From an uncultured Verrucomicrobiae bacterium (GTDB taxonomy: Bacteria; Verrucomicrobiota; Verrucomicrobiia; Palsa-1439), in assembly GCA_963812605.1 (NCBI GenBank), contig CAWEWF010000005.1, positions 128,001 to 192,000 on the forward strand: 64,000 nt of DNA, read 5' to 3'. How positions within the stretch are numbered: position 1 is the first letter of the stretch; each line of letters opens with the position of its first letter. Below are positions 39,711 to 49,110 of this stretch, piece after piece. The notes beneath the pieces were generated by a model. The model had not been told where the DNA came from and searched no databases. It was given only the letters and a program-made list of their open reading frames with translations. The translations under genes were made by a program, and so were the position numbers.

Positions 39711-41144
39711 ATGAGCAATCATTTCGTTTATGGACCGACATTCGCGGAAATGCGCGATCCGTCGCGCATCAAACCGGACGTGCGCAGGCAGGCGCTGGCG
39801 CTCAAGCGCAAGGACCCGCTGCGTCCGCTGAATCTGTTCAACATCACCTGGAAGCAGGACGACCTGAGCATTCCGCATGTGGTGCTGCCGCGTGAGTTGA
39901 CGGGGCTCGACGCCAATATCGTCGTGATGATCGCGCTCCATTTCCCGACGGGCGCGCACAAGGTCGGCCCGGCGTACAGTTGCCTCATCGAGAAACAGAT
40001 TGCGGGCGAACTCCAGCCCGGCCGCGACCGCCTGGTGTTTCCCTCGACGGGCAACTACGGCATCGGCGGCGCGTGGGTCGGGCCGCGCATGAATTACGAG
40101 TCGCTCATCGTGCTTCCCGCCGAGATGAGCGCCGAGCGGTTCCAGAAGATCGAATCCTACGGCGCGCAGGTCATCAAGACGCCGGGCAGCGAGAGCAACA
40201 TCAAAGAGATTTACGACAAGGTGAACGAACTGCGTCGTGACGCGAAAAACAAGATCCTCAATCAATTCGCCGAGTTCGGGAATTATCGTTTCCACTACGA
40301 TGTCACCGGCCACGCGGCGCAGGAAGTGGTTGCCGGCTGTAGCCGCGGCGTGAGCCGCGGTGGGAAGACCGAAGCTCACGCTTCGGCTACAGGAAAGGGG
40401 AAGCCCATCGGAAATGGCCGTGTTGCCGCCTTCGTCTCTGCGATGGGTTCAGCGGGGACGATTGCAGCGGGCGATTACTTGAAGCAGCAGTTTTCCGATT
40501 GCAAGATCGTCGGCCTTGAACCGATCCAGTGTCCGACTTTGTACAACGCGGGCTTCGGCGCGCACGCCATCGAGGGCATTGGCGACAAACATGTCACCTG
40601 GATTCACAACGTGCTGAACATGGACTGGCTCATCTGCATCGACGACGAACAATGCTTGAAGGGCCTCCAGCTTTTGCAGGAAGGCAGCGACGTGCTTATC
40701 GCCGCCGGCGTGAAGGCCGATGTGGCGCAGGCGTTCGTGGACACATTCGGTGTCAGTTCCATCTGCAACATCCTCGGCGCGATCAAGACCGCGAAAGTCC
40801 TGAAACTCAAGAAGGGCCAGAACGTCGTCACCATCGCCACCGACGGTTTCGATCGCTATCCATCTGTCATCGCGCGCCTCAACAAAACCGCCGGCAAAAT
40901 GTCGAAGGACGAAGCCAAGCGGCGGTTGGACATCTTCCGCAAAACCGACGTGAGCGACTGGGTGCAGGAAGGCACGCCGTTCCACCGCCAGCGCTGGCAC
41001 AACCAGAAGTACTACACCTGGGTCGAGCAACAAGGCAAAAGCGTCGAAGATCTCCGCGCCCTCGCCAAGCCCGAATTCTGGTTGAAAGAGCAGGCGAAAA
41101 CTGCTGACCTTGATAAGAAGTTGGCCAAGGCGAGAGGATTCTGA
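39711..41144 (+). CDS. Fold-type II PLP-dependent enzyme of the type found in anaerobic purine-catabolism clusters
   Basis: FPTGAHKVG (PLP Lys), PSTGNYG.GG, MSAERF, TPGSESN.KEIYDK, GSAGTIAAGD, EGIGDKH. Confidence 0.85.
   Translation: MSNHFVYGPTFAEMRDPSRIKPDVRRQALALKRKDPLRPLNLFNITWKQDDLSIPHVVLPRELTGLDANIVVMIALHFPTGAHKVGPAYSCLIEKQIAGELQPGRDRLVFPSTGNYGIGGAWVGPRMNYESLIVLPAEMSAERFQKIESYGAQVIKTPGSESNIKEIYDKVNELRRDAKNKILNQFAEFGNYRFHYDVTGHAAQEVVAGCSRGVSRGGKTEAHASATGKGKPIGNGRVAAFVSAMGSAGTIAAGDYLKQQFSDCKIVGLEPIQCPTLYNAGFGAHAIEGIGDKHVTWIHNVLNMDWLICIDDEQCLKGLQLLQEGSDVLIAAGVKADVAQAFVDTFGVSSICNILGAIKTAKVLKLKKGQNVVTIATDGFDRYPSVIARLNKTAGKMSKDEAKRRLDIFRKTDVSDWVQEGTPFHRQRWHNQKYYTWVEQQGKSVEDLRALAKPEFWLKEQAKTADLDKKLAKARGF
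40338..40391. repeat. 54-bp REP doublet located in-frame inside the PLP enzyme gene
   Basis: TGTAGCCGCGGCGTGAGCCGCGG-tgggaaga-CCGAAGCTCACGCTTCGGCTACA; intergenic relative at 61772-61835. Confidence 0.85.
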
Positions 41145-41156
41145 GAAACCCAGATC

Positions 41157-41576
41157 ATGTTAGATCCAGAATTGGAGAACGAAATCGTCAGACACCTCGG
41201 GGATGGTCAACGTCCTGAAGAGTTGATCGTGTTTGTGTGCAAGCGCACGGGAATGCAGTGGGACAGGGCAAAGGAAGAAATTCTACGGGTCCGAGGCCGA
41301 CGCGACGAGGAGATTCAACGGCGTTGGAAGCGGTTTGCGGTGGGCATTTGGATTCCCACGTTTATTGCGGGTTGTCTGGGGACGGCTTGCGGATTGGTAG
41401 GTATAATTACGGACCCATTGGGATTCTCAATAAAAGCACTTCTTCATTCTAATTACACACTTGCTGTTTTTGGAGGAGGGATTCTGGCGCTGGGAGGCTC
41501 ATTGATGGCATTGTTCGGAAGAGGTGGTCGGACGCGCGAGTCTAATCTCGACAAAAGCGTTTCGCGCACACGATGA
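41157..41576 (+). CDS. Hypothetical membrane protein
   Basis: Two TM segments; lower GC. Confidence 0.6.
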   Translation: MLDPELENEIVRHLGDGQRPEELIVFVCKRTGMQWDRAKEEILRVRGRRDEEIQRRWKRFAVGIWIPTFIAGCLGTACGLVGIITDPLGFSIKALLHSNYTLAVFGGGILALGGSLMALFGRGGRTRESNLDKSVSRTR

Positions 41577-41668
41577 GGTGTCGCCGGCGATTCTGAGTTA
41601 GAACCGAGCTCTATCCGGCCAATAATTGACCTTTCTTGGAGAAATGCGCCGTGTTCCAAGAACCGCCA

Positions 41669-42385
41669 TTATACTTCATTGCGCTGGCGTGACATGGCCA
41701 GATGGATTGTGGACGCCAGGTAGATCACGATACCGACTATGGAGAGGGCGGAGATGATTCCGGCGGGGAAGGCGTGGGCGATTTGTTCGAGGTTGCCAGA
41801 GTCGAGGATGTCGCCGCTGGTGCTGAGGTTGAGATATTTGAAATAGCCGTGGACGAAGATGATGAGCGCGGCGGCGAAGCTGGCGAGGAAGGCGAGGGCG
41901 TAGGCGGCGCCGGCGAAGCGCTGGCCGAGGTAGAATTGTCCCGCGCCGGGCACCATGAGATTGAGGAACATGGCAACGCGCATGGTTCGCGGACGCGGTG
42001 CTGACGGTGACGGAGGCTTGGTGCGGAGTGCGGGCGCGTTAAGCACCGGCGGGACAGCAGTCGCGGGCGAGAGAATCCACGCGTTCATGATCTGCTGGCG
42101 GACCGGTACGGGAACGCTTTCCAGATTGTTGTAAAGGGTGGTTTGGCCGTTGTCGGTGACGGAGATCTGGACGCCGTCGCGAGCGAAAATTGGCGAAGAC
42201 GGCACCGGCACGACCGCAAGCGGGACGCTCGCGCTACGAGATTGCACCGGAGGTGCCGGTGCAACGGCAGCGGGCGGTTTTGACTCGCCTTGCGCGAGCA
42301 GGGCAAGCATCTGGGCTTCGAACTCGGCTTCGCGAGCATTGGCTTCCCGGTCTGATAACTTGGCGATGTCCGTCCATTTGGGCAT
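41669..42385 (-). CDS. Hypothetical membrane protein (TM2/DUF6677-like C-terminus)
   Basis: LNLMVPGAGQFYLGQR..G motif plus TM helices; Pro-rich N-terminus containing a REP unit. Confidence 0.7.
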   Translation of the reverse strand: MPKWTDIAKLSDREANAREAEFEAQMLALLAQGESKPPAAVAPAPPVQSRSASVPLAVVPVPSSPIFARDGVQISVTDNGQTTLYNNLESVPVPVRQQIMNAWILSPATAVPPVLNAPALRTKPPSPSAPRPRTMRVAMFLNLMVPGAGQFYLGQRFAGAAYALAFLASFAAALIIFVHGYFKYLNLSTSGDILDSGNLEQIAHAFPAGIISALSIVGIVIYLASTIHLAMSRQRNEV

Positions 42386-42491
42386 AAATGACTTCTGATG
42401 CAATAAAGGGCAAGATGTGTGCCCATTCAAGCTCTATTCAGAACGGCGGAAAGGCGAGCGCTTCACAGAAGCGCTGCTACACCGGAACGAC

Positions 42492-43325
42492 TTACTCCAC
42501 GGCGATGACGGTGTAGCCGCCGGATTTTTTGTCGGGCTCGAGTTTCAGCATGTTGCGCTTCTGCATTTCCAGGAGCATATCGTTGAACGAGCGGAAGCCG
42601 TAGGCGCGCTCGTTGAAGCCGGGGTGACGACGTTTGATCGCCTGCTTGATCATGGAACCGTACGTGAGATCGTCCGCGCCCCGTTCCGCCGAGATGGCTT
42701 CCAGCGTTTTCATCACCAGGTCGAACCCATCCGTGACCGCGGGGCCGGCGGGAACCCTGGCTTCGCCGTCGGGAGACTTCGTTTCACCGTCGGTTTTTGC
42801 GGGTGCGACGGCATGATGCGCGGCCACCCGCCGGCGCGGTCGCGGCGCGGCGCGAACCAGGTCGTCGTAATACAGGAATTCGTCGCAATTGTTGATGAAG
42901 AGGTCGGACGTGGAATTCTTGACCCCGACGCCGATGACGGTCTTGGCGTTCTCGCGCAACTTGCTCACGAGCGGGGAGAAATCGGAGTCGCCGCTGATGA
43001 TGACGAAGGTGTCCACATGACTTTTCGTGTAGCACAGGTCGAGCGCGTCCACGACCATGCGGATGTCGGCGGAATTCTTTCCCGACTGCCGCAGGTGCGG
43101 GATCTCGATGAGCTCGAAAGCGGCTTCATGCAGGTCGCGCTTGAAGACCTTGTAGCGGTCGAAGTCACAGTAGGCTTTCTTGACGACGATGTGGCCCTTG
43201 AGCAGGAGACGTTCGAGGACCTTTTGGATTTCGAAGCGAGGATAATTGGCGTCAAGCGCCCCGAGGGCGATATTCTCGAGGTCGAGGAAGACCGCCATGG
43301 TTGTATTGGAATCTTGTGTGCTCAT
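42492..43325 (-). CDS. NYN-domain (LabA/DUF88) ribonuclease with C-terminal OST-HTH/LOTUS domain
   Basis: AVFLDLEN, GKNSADIRMVVDA, SGDSDFSPL, GFNERAYGFRSF. Confidence 0.92.
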   Translation of the reverse strand: MSTQDSNTTMAVFLDLENIALGALDANYPRFEIQKVLERLLLKGHIVVKKAYCDFDRYKVFKRDLHEAAFELIEIPHLRQSGKNSADIRMVVDALDLCYTKSHVDTFVIISGDSDFSPLVSKLRENAKTVIGVGVKNSTSDLFINNCDEFLYYDDLVRAAPRPRRRVAAHHAVAPAKTDGETKSPDGEARVPAGPAVTDGFDLVMKTLEAISAERGADDLTYGSMIKQAIKRRHPGFNERAYGFRSFNDMLLEMQKRNMLKLEPDKKSGGYTVIAVE

Positions 43326-43376
43326 GTGATTGGCGGAGCTATTGTACTACAGAAGTGGCGCGCAACACAGGCTTTG

Positions 43377-44777
43377 TTATTTCCCACCTTCGTGCAGGGT
43401 TTCGGCCTGGGCATTGATCTCCGTCATGGCTGTGGTCAGCTCGATGTAGACCTCGTCCTTGACGTTGACGACGCCGTAGTTGCAGTTCTCGCCATCGAAC
43501 CGGCCTTCCTTCGGCTCGTCGCAGTGCTCGAACCAGTGATAGCCGACCAGATTTGGGCTTTGCAGCGCCAAGGTGACGTATTTTCTGAAAGCGCTGGCGC
43601 GGTCGGCCTGGGTCTTGACTCGCGGGCCACCGCCGCGGCTGTTGGGCAGGCCGACATCCTGGCCGCGGAACGAAAATTCGCCGATGATCAGCGGCTTGCC
43701 GAACACCGAGTAGCGCTCGATTGTGTCATGTGGGTCGAGGGCGTAGCAGTTGAACGAGATCGCATCGAGATATTTCGCCGCGGCGGCCACCACGGGCTGC
43801 GGGGGGACATAGGCGAAACGGGAGCCGAAATTCATGTGATTGGGATCGGCGGCCTTGACGGCTTCGGCGGTGATGCGGAAGTAACGCTCCGCGAGGCGCG
43901 CGAGAAAGGCATCGCTATCGGCGACGAAGGCCGCGCGCTTCGGGTCAGTCTCGTTGGCCTGCTGTTCGGATTCCTTGTTCTGCTCGTAAACGGCCTTGCG
44001 CTTGTACGGTTGCGCGATTGAAGTGGCTTGCGCAACGTCATCCCACGAAGCGAAGGTGGTATTCCAGACGGCATTGAACTTTTTCACATCGGTATAGCGT
44101 TCGCGCAGGAGGTCGACGGCGGCTTTCTTTCCCGGGACGCTGGCGGGCAACGCCATGAACATGGTCAACAAGTCATCCGTGCCGCGCCAGTCGGGGCCCC
44201 AGCGCAATTCGTTGTCGGTGAACCAACCGAGCAGCGAGGGGTCGTTGGCGCGCGCAGCGCAAATCTCGAAAGCCCGCCGATGAGCCATCGGTTCAAAATC
44301 GGGATCGAAGACATCGGGGAAAATCCCGTGCAACCAGGCTGCGCCCTTTTGTTTTTGTTCGACGAACGTGGAGCCAATATCAATGATCGGGCCATAGGCG
44401 AGATGTTGTTTGCCCACGGCGATTTCCGCGATGGTGTCATCGGACCAGGCGCCGAGACTATTGAAGCCCCAGCCGATCAACCGCTGCGCCACAGCCTTGC
44501 GCCAGGCGGCCGGCGAGCCGTACTTCGCCTTGTTGGTCTCGAGGTACGGGGAGATGTCGGTGCCGCGAATGGTGTCGGCGGCCATCTTGACCGTGGTCAC
44601 ACCCTTGGAGATGAAGCGGTGGCCGTCAGGAGCGATGAGCCACCAGCGGCCGTCAATCTTCGCGGCGTGAAAAAAATGGTTGCTCGCCGCGGTCGGGGCG
44701 TCAGCGGCCAGGCTGGGATTGGGGAAGAGATTGGTGGTCGCGATCAACAATAGTGCCAGTCCGGTGGAAGCGTGCAT
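43377..44777 (-). CDS. Secreted GH50-like (clan GH-A, agarase-family) glycoside hydrolase
   Basis: DGRWWLIAPDG, WGFNSLGAWS, PDVFDP.F, GWFTDNELRWG (acid/base), PLIIGEFSF (nucleophile), GRFDGENCNYG. Confidence 0.85.
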   Translation of the reverse strand: MHASTGLALLLIATTNLFPNPSLAADAPTAASNHFFHAAKIDGRWWLIAPDGHRFISKGVTTVKMAADTIRGTDISPYLETNKAKYGSPAAWRKAVAQRLIGWGFNSLGAWSDDTIAEIAVGKQHLAYGPIIDIGSTFVEQKQKGAAWLHGIFPDVFDPDFEPMAHRRAFEICAARANDPSLLGWFTDNELRWGPDWRGTDDLLTMFMALPASVPGKKAAVDLLRERYTDVKKFNAVWNTTFASWDDVAQATSIAQPYKRKAVYEQNKESEQQANETDPKRAAFVADSDAFLARLAERYFRITAEAVKAADPNHMNFGSRFAYVPPQPVVAAAAKYLDAISFNCYALDPHDTIERYSVFGKPLIIGEFSFRGQDVGLPNSRGGGPRVKTQADRASAFRKYVTLALQSPNLVGYHWFEHCDEPKEGRFDGENCNYGVVNVKDEVYIELTTAMTEINAQAETLHEGGK

Positions 44778-44867
44778 GAGTCCGGAATCCTGCCAAGGAT
44801 GCCACACGGAAACAAGCAGAATGTCCGAAAGCATTTCGCCAACAGCCGATGAATTCCACACGCCTGG

Positions 44868-45857
44868 TTACGGAGTGCGCGGCGGATCGGGAGGATTCCA
44901 CCAGCAAGGACCTTTGTCTTGAATGGCTTCCAGCGCGCGACGTCGGGTTTCGGAAAGCTGGCCGGGTGAAAGGGGTTCGAAGGTTTGCGCGGCGGTGTAG
45001 GCGGCGTCTTGTTCGTTCGGAAAACTTAAGCCGAGCAGCGCGACGTCGGGGTCTAGCGTGAGCGTGTAGTGCAGGCACTCGGCAACGGCCAGGCGCGGAA
45101 GCGGTGGTGCGTCGGAGGCGTCGCTGCCGCCGGAACTGAATTTGCCGCGCGGACGGGCTTGGAGCGGCTGATTGTAGCCGGTGGTATCCGCGACCAGTTT
45201 GCCCGCGCCGAAGGTTTTGAAGCAGACGGTGCCGACCCGGTGTTGTTTGGCCAGCGGCAGAATTTCTTCCACGTAGCGCCTGTCGACGAACGGCCCGATT
45301 GCAAACATCACCACGTCACAGAGGCCCGAAGGGATGGCGGCGAGCAGGACATCAGGGTGGTGCGACGAGATGCCGCGAAAGCGCGCTTTGCCGGCCTTCA
45401 CGACGGAGGACAACTGTTCCATGCCGCCACCGGGCGCGGCGATCTTTCGCCAGTCGTCCATCGTGCTGAGCCCGTGGAACACGAAGCAATCGACGGCTTC
45501 GAGGCCTGTGTTTTTCAAACTGGCATCGACTTGCGGCGCGACAGGCTCGTGGTGGTGGTCGATTTTGTCGATAACGAACATGCCGTCGCGCCGGCCCCGC
45601 AATGCGACGCCGACAATTTGCTCGCTGTAACCCTCCTCGTAGTTCGGGGCGGTGTCGATCAGGTTCAGCCCCGCGTCCATTGCGCGGCGGATGGTGGCGA
45701 CGCAACGGTCGAGCGGTACCTTGCGGTCGGCAACATCGCCAATGCCGAGCCGGGTGGCTTTGAATCCCGTGCGGCCGAGTTCGCGCCGCGGGCCAAACAC
45801 GCCGCGCCAGTCTATCGGCGCGGGGGCTGTCGATGTTATTTTCTCTCGAGCAGGCAC
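44868..45857 (-). CDS. Aldo/keto reductase
   Basis: RELGRTG, G.NLIDTAPNY..GYSE, GKARFRGISSH. Confidence 0.9.
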   Translation of the reverse strand: MPAREKITSTAPAPIDWRGVFGPRRELGRTGFKATRLGIGDVADRKVPLDRCVATIRRAMDAGLNLIDTAPNYEEGYSEQIVGVALRGRRDGMFVIDKIDHHHEPVAPQVDASLKNTGLEAVDCFVFHGLSTMDDWRKIAAPGGGMEQLSSVVKAGKARFRGISSHHPDVLLAAIPSGLCDVVMFAIGPFVDRRYVEEILPLAKQHRVGTVCFKTFGAGKLVADTTGYNQPLQARPRGKFSSGGSDASDAPPLPRLAVAECLHYTLTLDPDVALLGLSFPNEQDAAYTAAQTFEPLSPGQLSETRRRALEAIQDKGPCWWNPPDPPRTP

Positions 45858-47827
45858 AGGCGATAATTATACGACGGGTTTTCGCGAGAGCCAAGCATGT
45901 TGCCTTCGGTCACGGCGAGGAACGCGCTATCACCGAGGATGAGATGTTCGTGGACCTCGCCGGTCTTGATATAGTTCCAAACCCCTTTGCCAGTGCCCGG
46001 AGAAAGACAATGGATGCTGTGATACGTGACCGAAGGACCGGTGTCCGAGAGCAGGCGCGTCTCGACGGTGGTATCGAAAACGTAAACATTGTCCTTGGCA
46101 AAGACCAGCTCTCCCCCAATGTTTCTCACGCCCCAAGCGGTGGAGCCCTTCTGGGGATCGAGTTTCATGAGGAATGTCACAGGAGCGCGCGGATCCGTCG
46201 TGCCGCCGGTGGAAGTGCCCTCAATACGGAAGTCTTTCGCCTCGCTCTGTTGGAAATCCGGCTTGGACAACGTGACGGTTGCGTAAACGCCCCCGTCAGG
46301 CCCGACGAACAGGCGGCCGGGCTTGAGTTTGTTGCGGGCCCATTTCTGCTGGCCGGTTTTCGCATCGAGGGCAATGACCTGATCGCCGGCGGCGACGGCA
46401 AAAATGTTGCCACCCGCGGCGACGAGCCGGGCCGAGGCCGGCAACGCCACTTGCCAAAGCGGCTCGTTTCCATCCTCGAAGACCAGCAGGTCGCGACCGG
46501 CGACAAGGCACGTGAGTTGACCGATTTTTACGATCTGTGGGGCGCGTCTCAGAGAGACACTACGATTGCCGGTTTCGGTCCCGGTTTCGAGGGAGCGAAA
46601 ATGGAGGATGTAGTTCTGCGCCGGCGTGTCCGGTTCCGGCTCCGGCCCATCGGCGGTGGTTTCCAGGTCAAAGCTACCCCTGTTCATGGCGTTTTGAATC
46701 CTGCCAAACATCGCGCCGCGGAAGGCGTTAACGTCCCAACCCGACGCCGTGATCTCGCGAAGATCGGAATCCGACGAAGCGGTCTTTTTGGGCGTATCGA
46801 GCACTGCCGTGATGATACGCTTGCCGGATATCGGCACCGCTGCGGCGTACGCGAGGGCATTGGGGTCAGACCAGAGTTCGTGGCCATCCGCAAAGGCGAG
46901 CGACGCGGCGTGTGGCAGCACGGTTTTGTCGGTGGACTCGCTCGGCCCGAACACGCACAGCAGACCGTCGTCGTGCGGCAGCACCTGCAAGAGGGACGTA
47001 TCGGGACGAAAGAACTTCCAGGCCACCACGCCGTTTTGCGCGTTGACGACGACCAATTGCCGTTCCGAGCGCAGGATGACGTTGTCTCCCTTCACCTCCA
47101 GAATCGATAGCGGGTCGCGAAACTTTGAGGGGTCGACCGCATAGTCGGGATTGGACGGGGCCTTCTTGGGCGCGCTGTAGGGTTCTTCGAGGGCGCGGAG
47201 GTCGACCTTCCAGACCTTCTGCGTGGCGGTCAGGTTGACGAGGCTGAGTTCATCGTCGGCTTGCACCACCGTGCGCGCGGGATCGAGCATCACGGCCTTG
47301 AAGCTTTCGATTCCCGACATGACATCCATGCTCGAGGTGATGTGGGGACGGGGACCCCATTTGCTCAGGTAGATGACGTAGCCGATATAACCTGCGCCGA
47401 GCACAATCGCCGCGAGCACGGCGAATTTGGCGATCACCATAACGCCACCGATCACGCGTTCCAGCTTGTTGTCGTCCGCGCTCACCCTCTGGGTGCCGGT
47501 GGTCATGGACGGTTGGCTGGCGCTGACGGCGGCGCGGCATTCGTCGCTGCAGTAATAACCTTTCTCGCGCACGCAGATCATGCACAACGGTTTTGCGCAG
47601 TTCATGCAGTTTTGCGTGGCGTACTCCTCGGGGTGATTAACACAGAAGACGTGGAAGCGCGGTTCTTGCGTTTCGGCCGGGGCCGTTTCCTCGGCGGCGT
47701 CGGGTTGCGCAGCCTGGGCAATGAGGTCGGCAGCGAGCGCGCCACAGCGGGGACAACGCACCCGCTTGGCGACCTCTTCGTTCAGGACCTCTAAGGTCCC
47801 ACCGCAGGAGCAGGTGATCTCAATCAT
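45836..47827 (-). CDS. Zn-ribbon + B-box-like cytoplasmic domain, single TM, PQQ-like beta-propeller ectodomain
   Basis: CSCG..CPRCG; CVNHPEEYATQNCMNCAKPLCMIC...YCSDEC; TM; repeated (A/L)D..TG...W blades. Confidence 0.8.
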   Translation of the reverse strand: MIEITCSCGGTLEVLNEEVAKRVRCPRCGALAADLIAQAAQPDAAEETAPAETQEPRFHVFCVNHPEEYATQNCMNCAKPLCMICVREKGYYCSDECRAAVSASQPSMTTGTQRVSADDNKLERVIGGVMVIAKFAVLAAIVLGAGYIGYVIYLSKWGPRPHITSSMDVMSGIESFKAVMLDPARTVVQADDELSLVNLTATQKVWKVDLRALEEPYSAPKKAPSNPDYAVDPSKFRDPLSILEVKGDNVILRSERQLVVVNAQNGVVAWKFFRPDTSLLQVLPHDDGLLCVFGPSESTDKTVLPHAASLAFADGHELWSDPNALAYAAAVPISGKRIITAVLDTPKKTASSDSDLREITASGWDVNAFRGAMFGRIQNAMNRGSFDLETTADGPEPEPDTPAQNYILHFRSLETGTETGNRSVSLRRAPQIVKIGQLTCLVAGRDLLVFEDGNEPLWQVALPASARLVAAGGNIFAVAAGDQVIALDAKTGQQKWARNKLKPGRLFVGPDGGVYATVTLSKPDFQQSEAKDFRIEGTSTGGTTDPRAPVTFLMKLDPQKGSTAWGVRNIGGELVFAKDNVYVFDTTVETRLLSDTGPSVTYHSIHCLSPGTGKGVWNYIKTGEVHEHLILGDSAFLAVTEGNMLGSRENPSYNYRLCLLERK

Positions 47828-48912
47828 GGGACTTTCCTTTCCACTTGAATTCCTTGCGAAACAGCAGATTTGGATACGGCGAGGGAGAGGCGTTGGTAGT
47901 TGACGGCGACGGCGCGGGTGTTGGCGGGGTGCTCTTGCGGTTCATCGAGCGCAGTTCCTCATCGATCAACTCGGCTTGTTCGGACCAGCCATTGTCGCGA
48001 TACAGGGTGAGGGCGGCGAGCAAAACGTCCTGGGCGCGTTTGACCCTGCCGGTGCATTCCCAGCACAGGGCCCACTTGGTATGGGCCGCGGCGCAATGTG
48101 GATAGCGCTTGGCGATCCGCTGGTAGGCTTCCATTGCGGGATACCATTTCTGCTTGTAGAAGAGATGGTCGGCGTTTTTCATCAAATATTCCTCTTCGCC
48201 GTTGCGCCACTCCCTTGTTGCGAGCGCTGCGGCCAATCCCAGCGCAAACCCGCCGATATGCCCCCAATACGCGATCTGCGCGCCGCCGGCGTGCAGGGCG
48301 ATCATGCCGAATACCAGTTGCAGCGCGATCCAGAAGCCGATGAAGATCAGTGAACTCACACGCGTGATTCCCTGTCGCATGATAAACGGAATGGGAATGC
48401 ACGCGCCGAACCACATGCGGATTTTGAACCGCGGAAAGCGCACCAGATAGTACCCCAAGAGCCCGGCGATTGCGCCCGACGCGCCGATGCACGGTTCGTC
48501 GAGGTTGGGGAAATGCCCGACGACGGCCGTGAGCCAATAGAGAAACACCGAGGCGATGCCGCTGGCAAAGTAGAGCAGTAGGAACTTTCCCTTGCCCAGG
48601 ACGTTCCTCGAGATCGCTGCCGGCGAACCAGAGATAAAGCATGTTGCCGCCGATATGCAGGACGCTGGTCACGTAGTCGGTCCACGGGGCGTTGACCTCG
48701 GTGGGCCAACCCGCGTGCAGGAACATGTAGGTGAGAAATTGCCACGGTCGCGGGTGGGCCGCAATGAAGCCAAATGTCCAGGCAATCTGGTGGTAATTCA
48801 GGAAGTTCGAGACGAAATAGATGATGACGTTGATGGCGATGAGAGACACGGTGGCCGTGGGAATGCGTGTGCGGTCGTGGTCGGACCCCGTCGGTATGAG
48901 TAGAGCAATCAT
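47820..48912 (-). CDS. Rhomboid intramembrane serine protease with C-terminal TPR (1 frameshift ~48600)
   Basis: P.ATVSLIAINV, LTYMFLHAG, LHIGGNMLYLW, IGASGAIAG (Ser), AYWGHIGGF (His). Confidence 0.9.
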
Positions 48913-49110
48913 ACGCCTCACCTGCGCTGCCGGGCCATCATGCCGTGGGGGGAACGGAGAATCAAACCCTAAGTTGTTGGATAATCACGGGGCGCCGGGT
49001 CGATTCGGAATTGGCTTTCGCGCGGGTGCGCGCTATACTGTGGGCGTTGATGGCGGCACGCCGAGATGCGGCGTGCCTGAAAACGGGCACAATTCAAAAA
49101 AGGAGTGTGT

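Noticed and set aside
42417-44021. Long antisense ORFs (534 aa here; also 1374-2402, 38316-39629, 45833-47110, 61864-63414)
   Set aside because: Shadow frames of well-supported genes on the opposite strand, expected at high GC.
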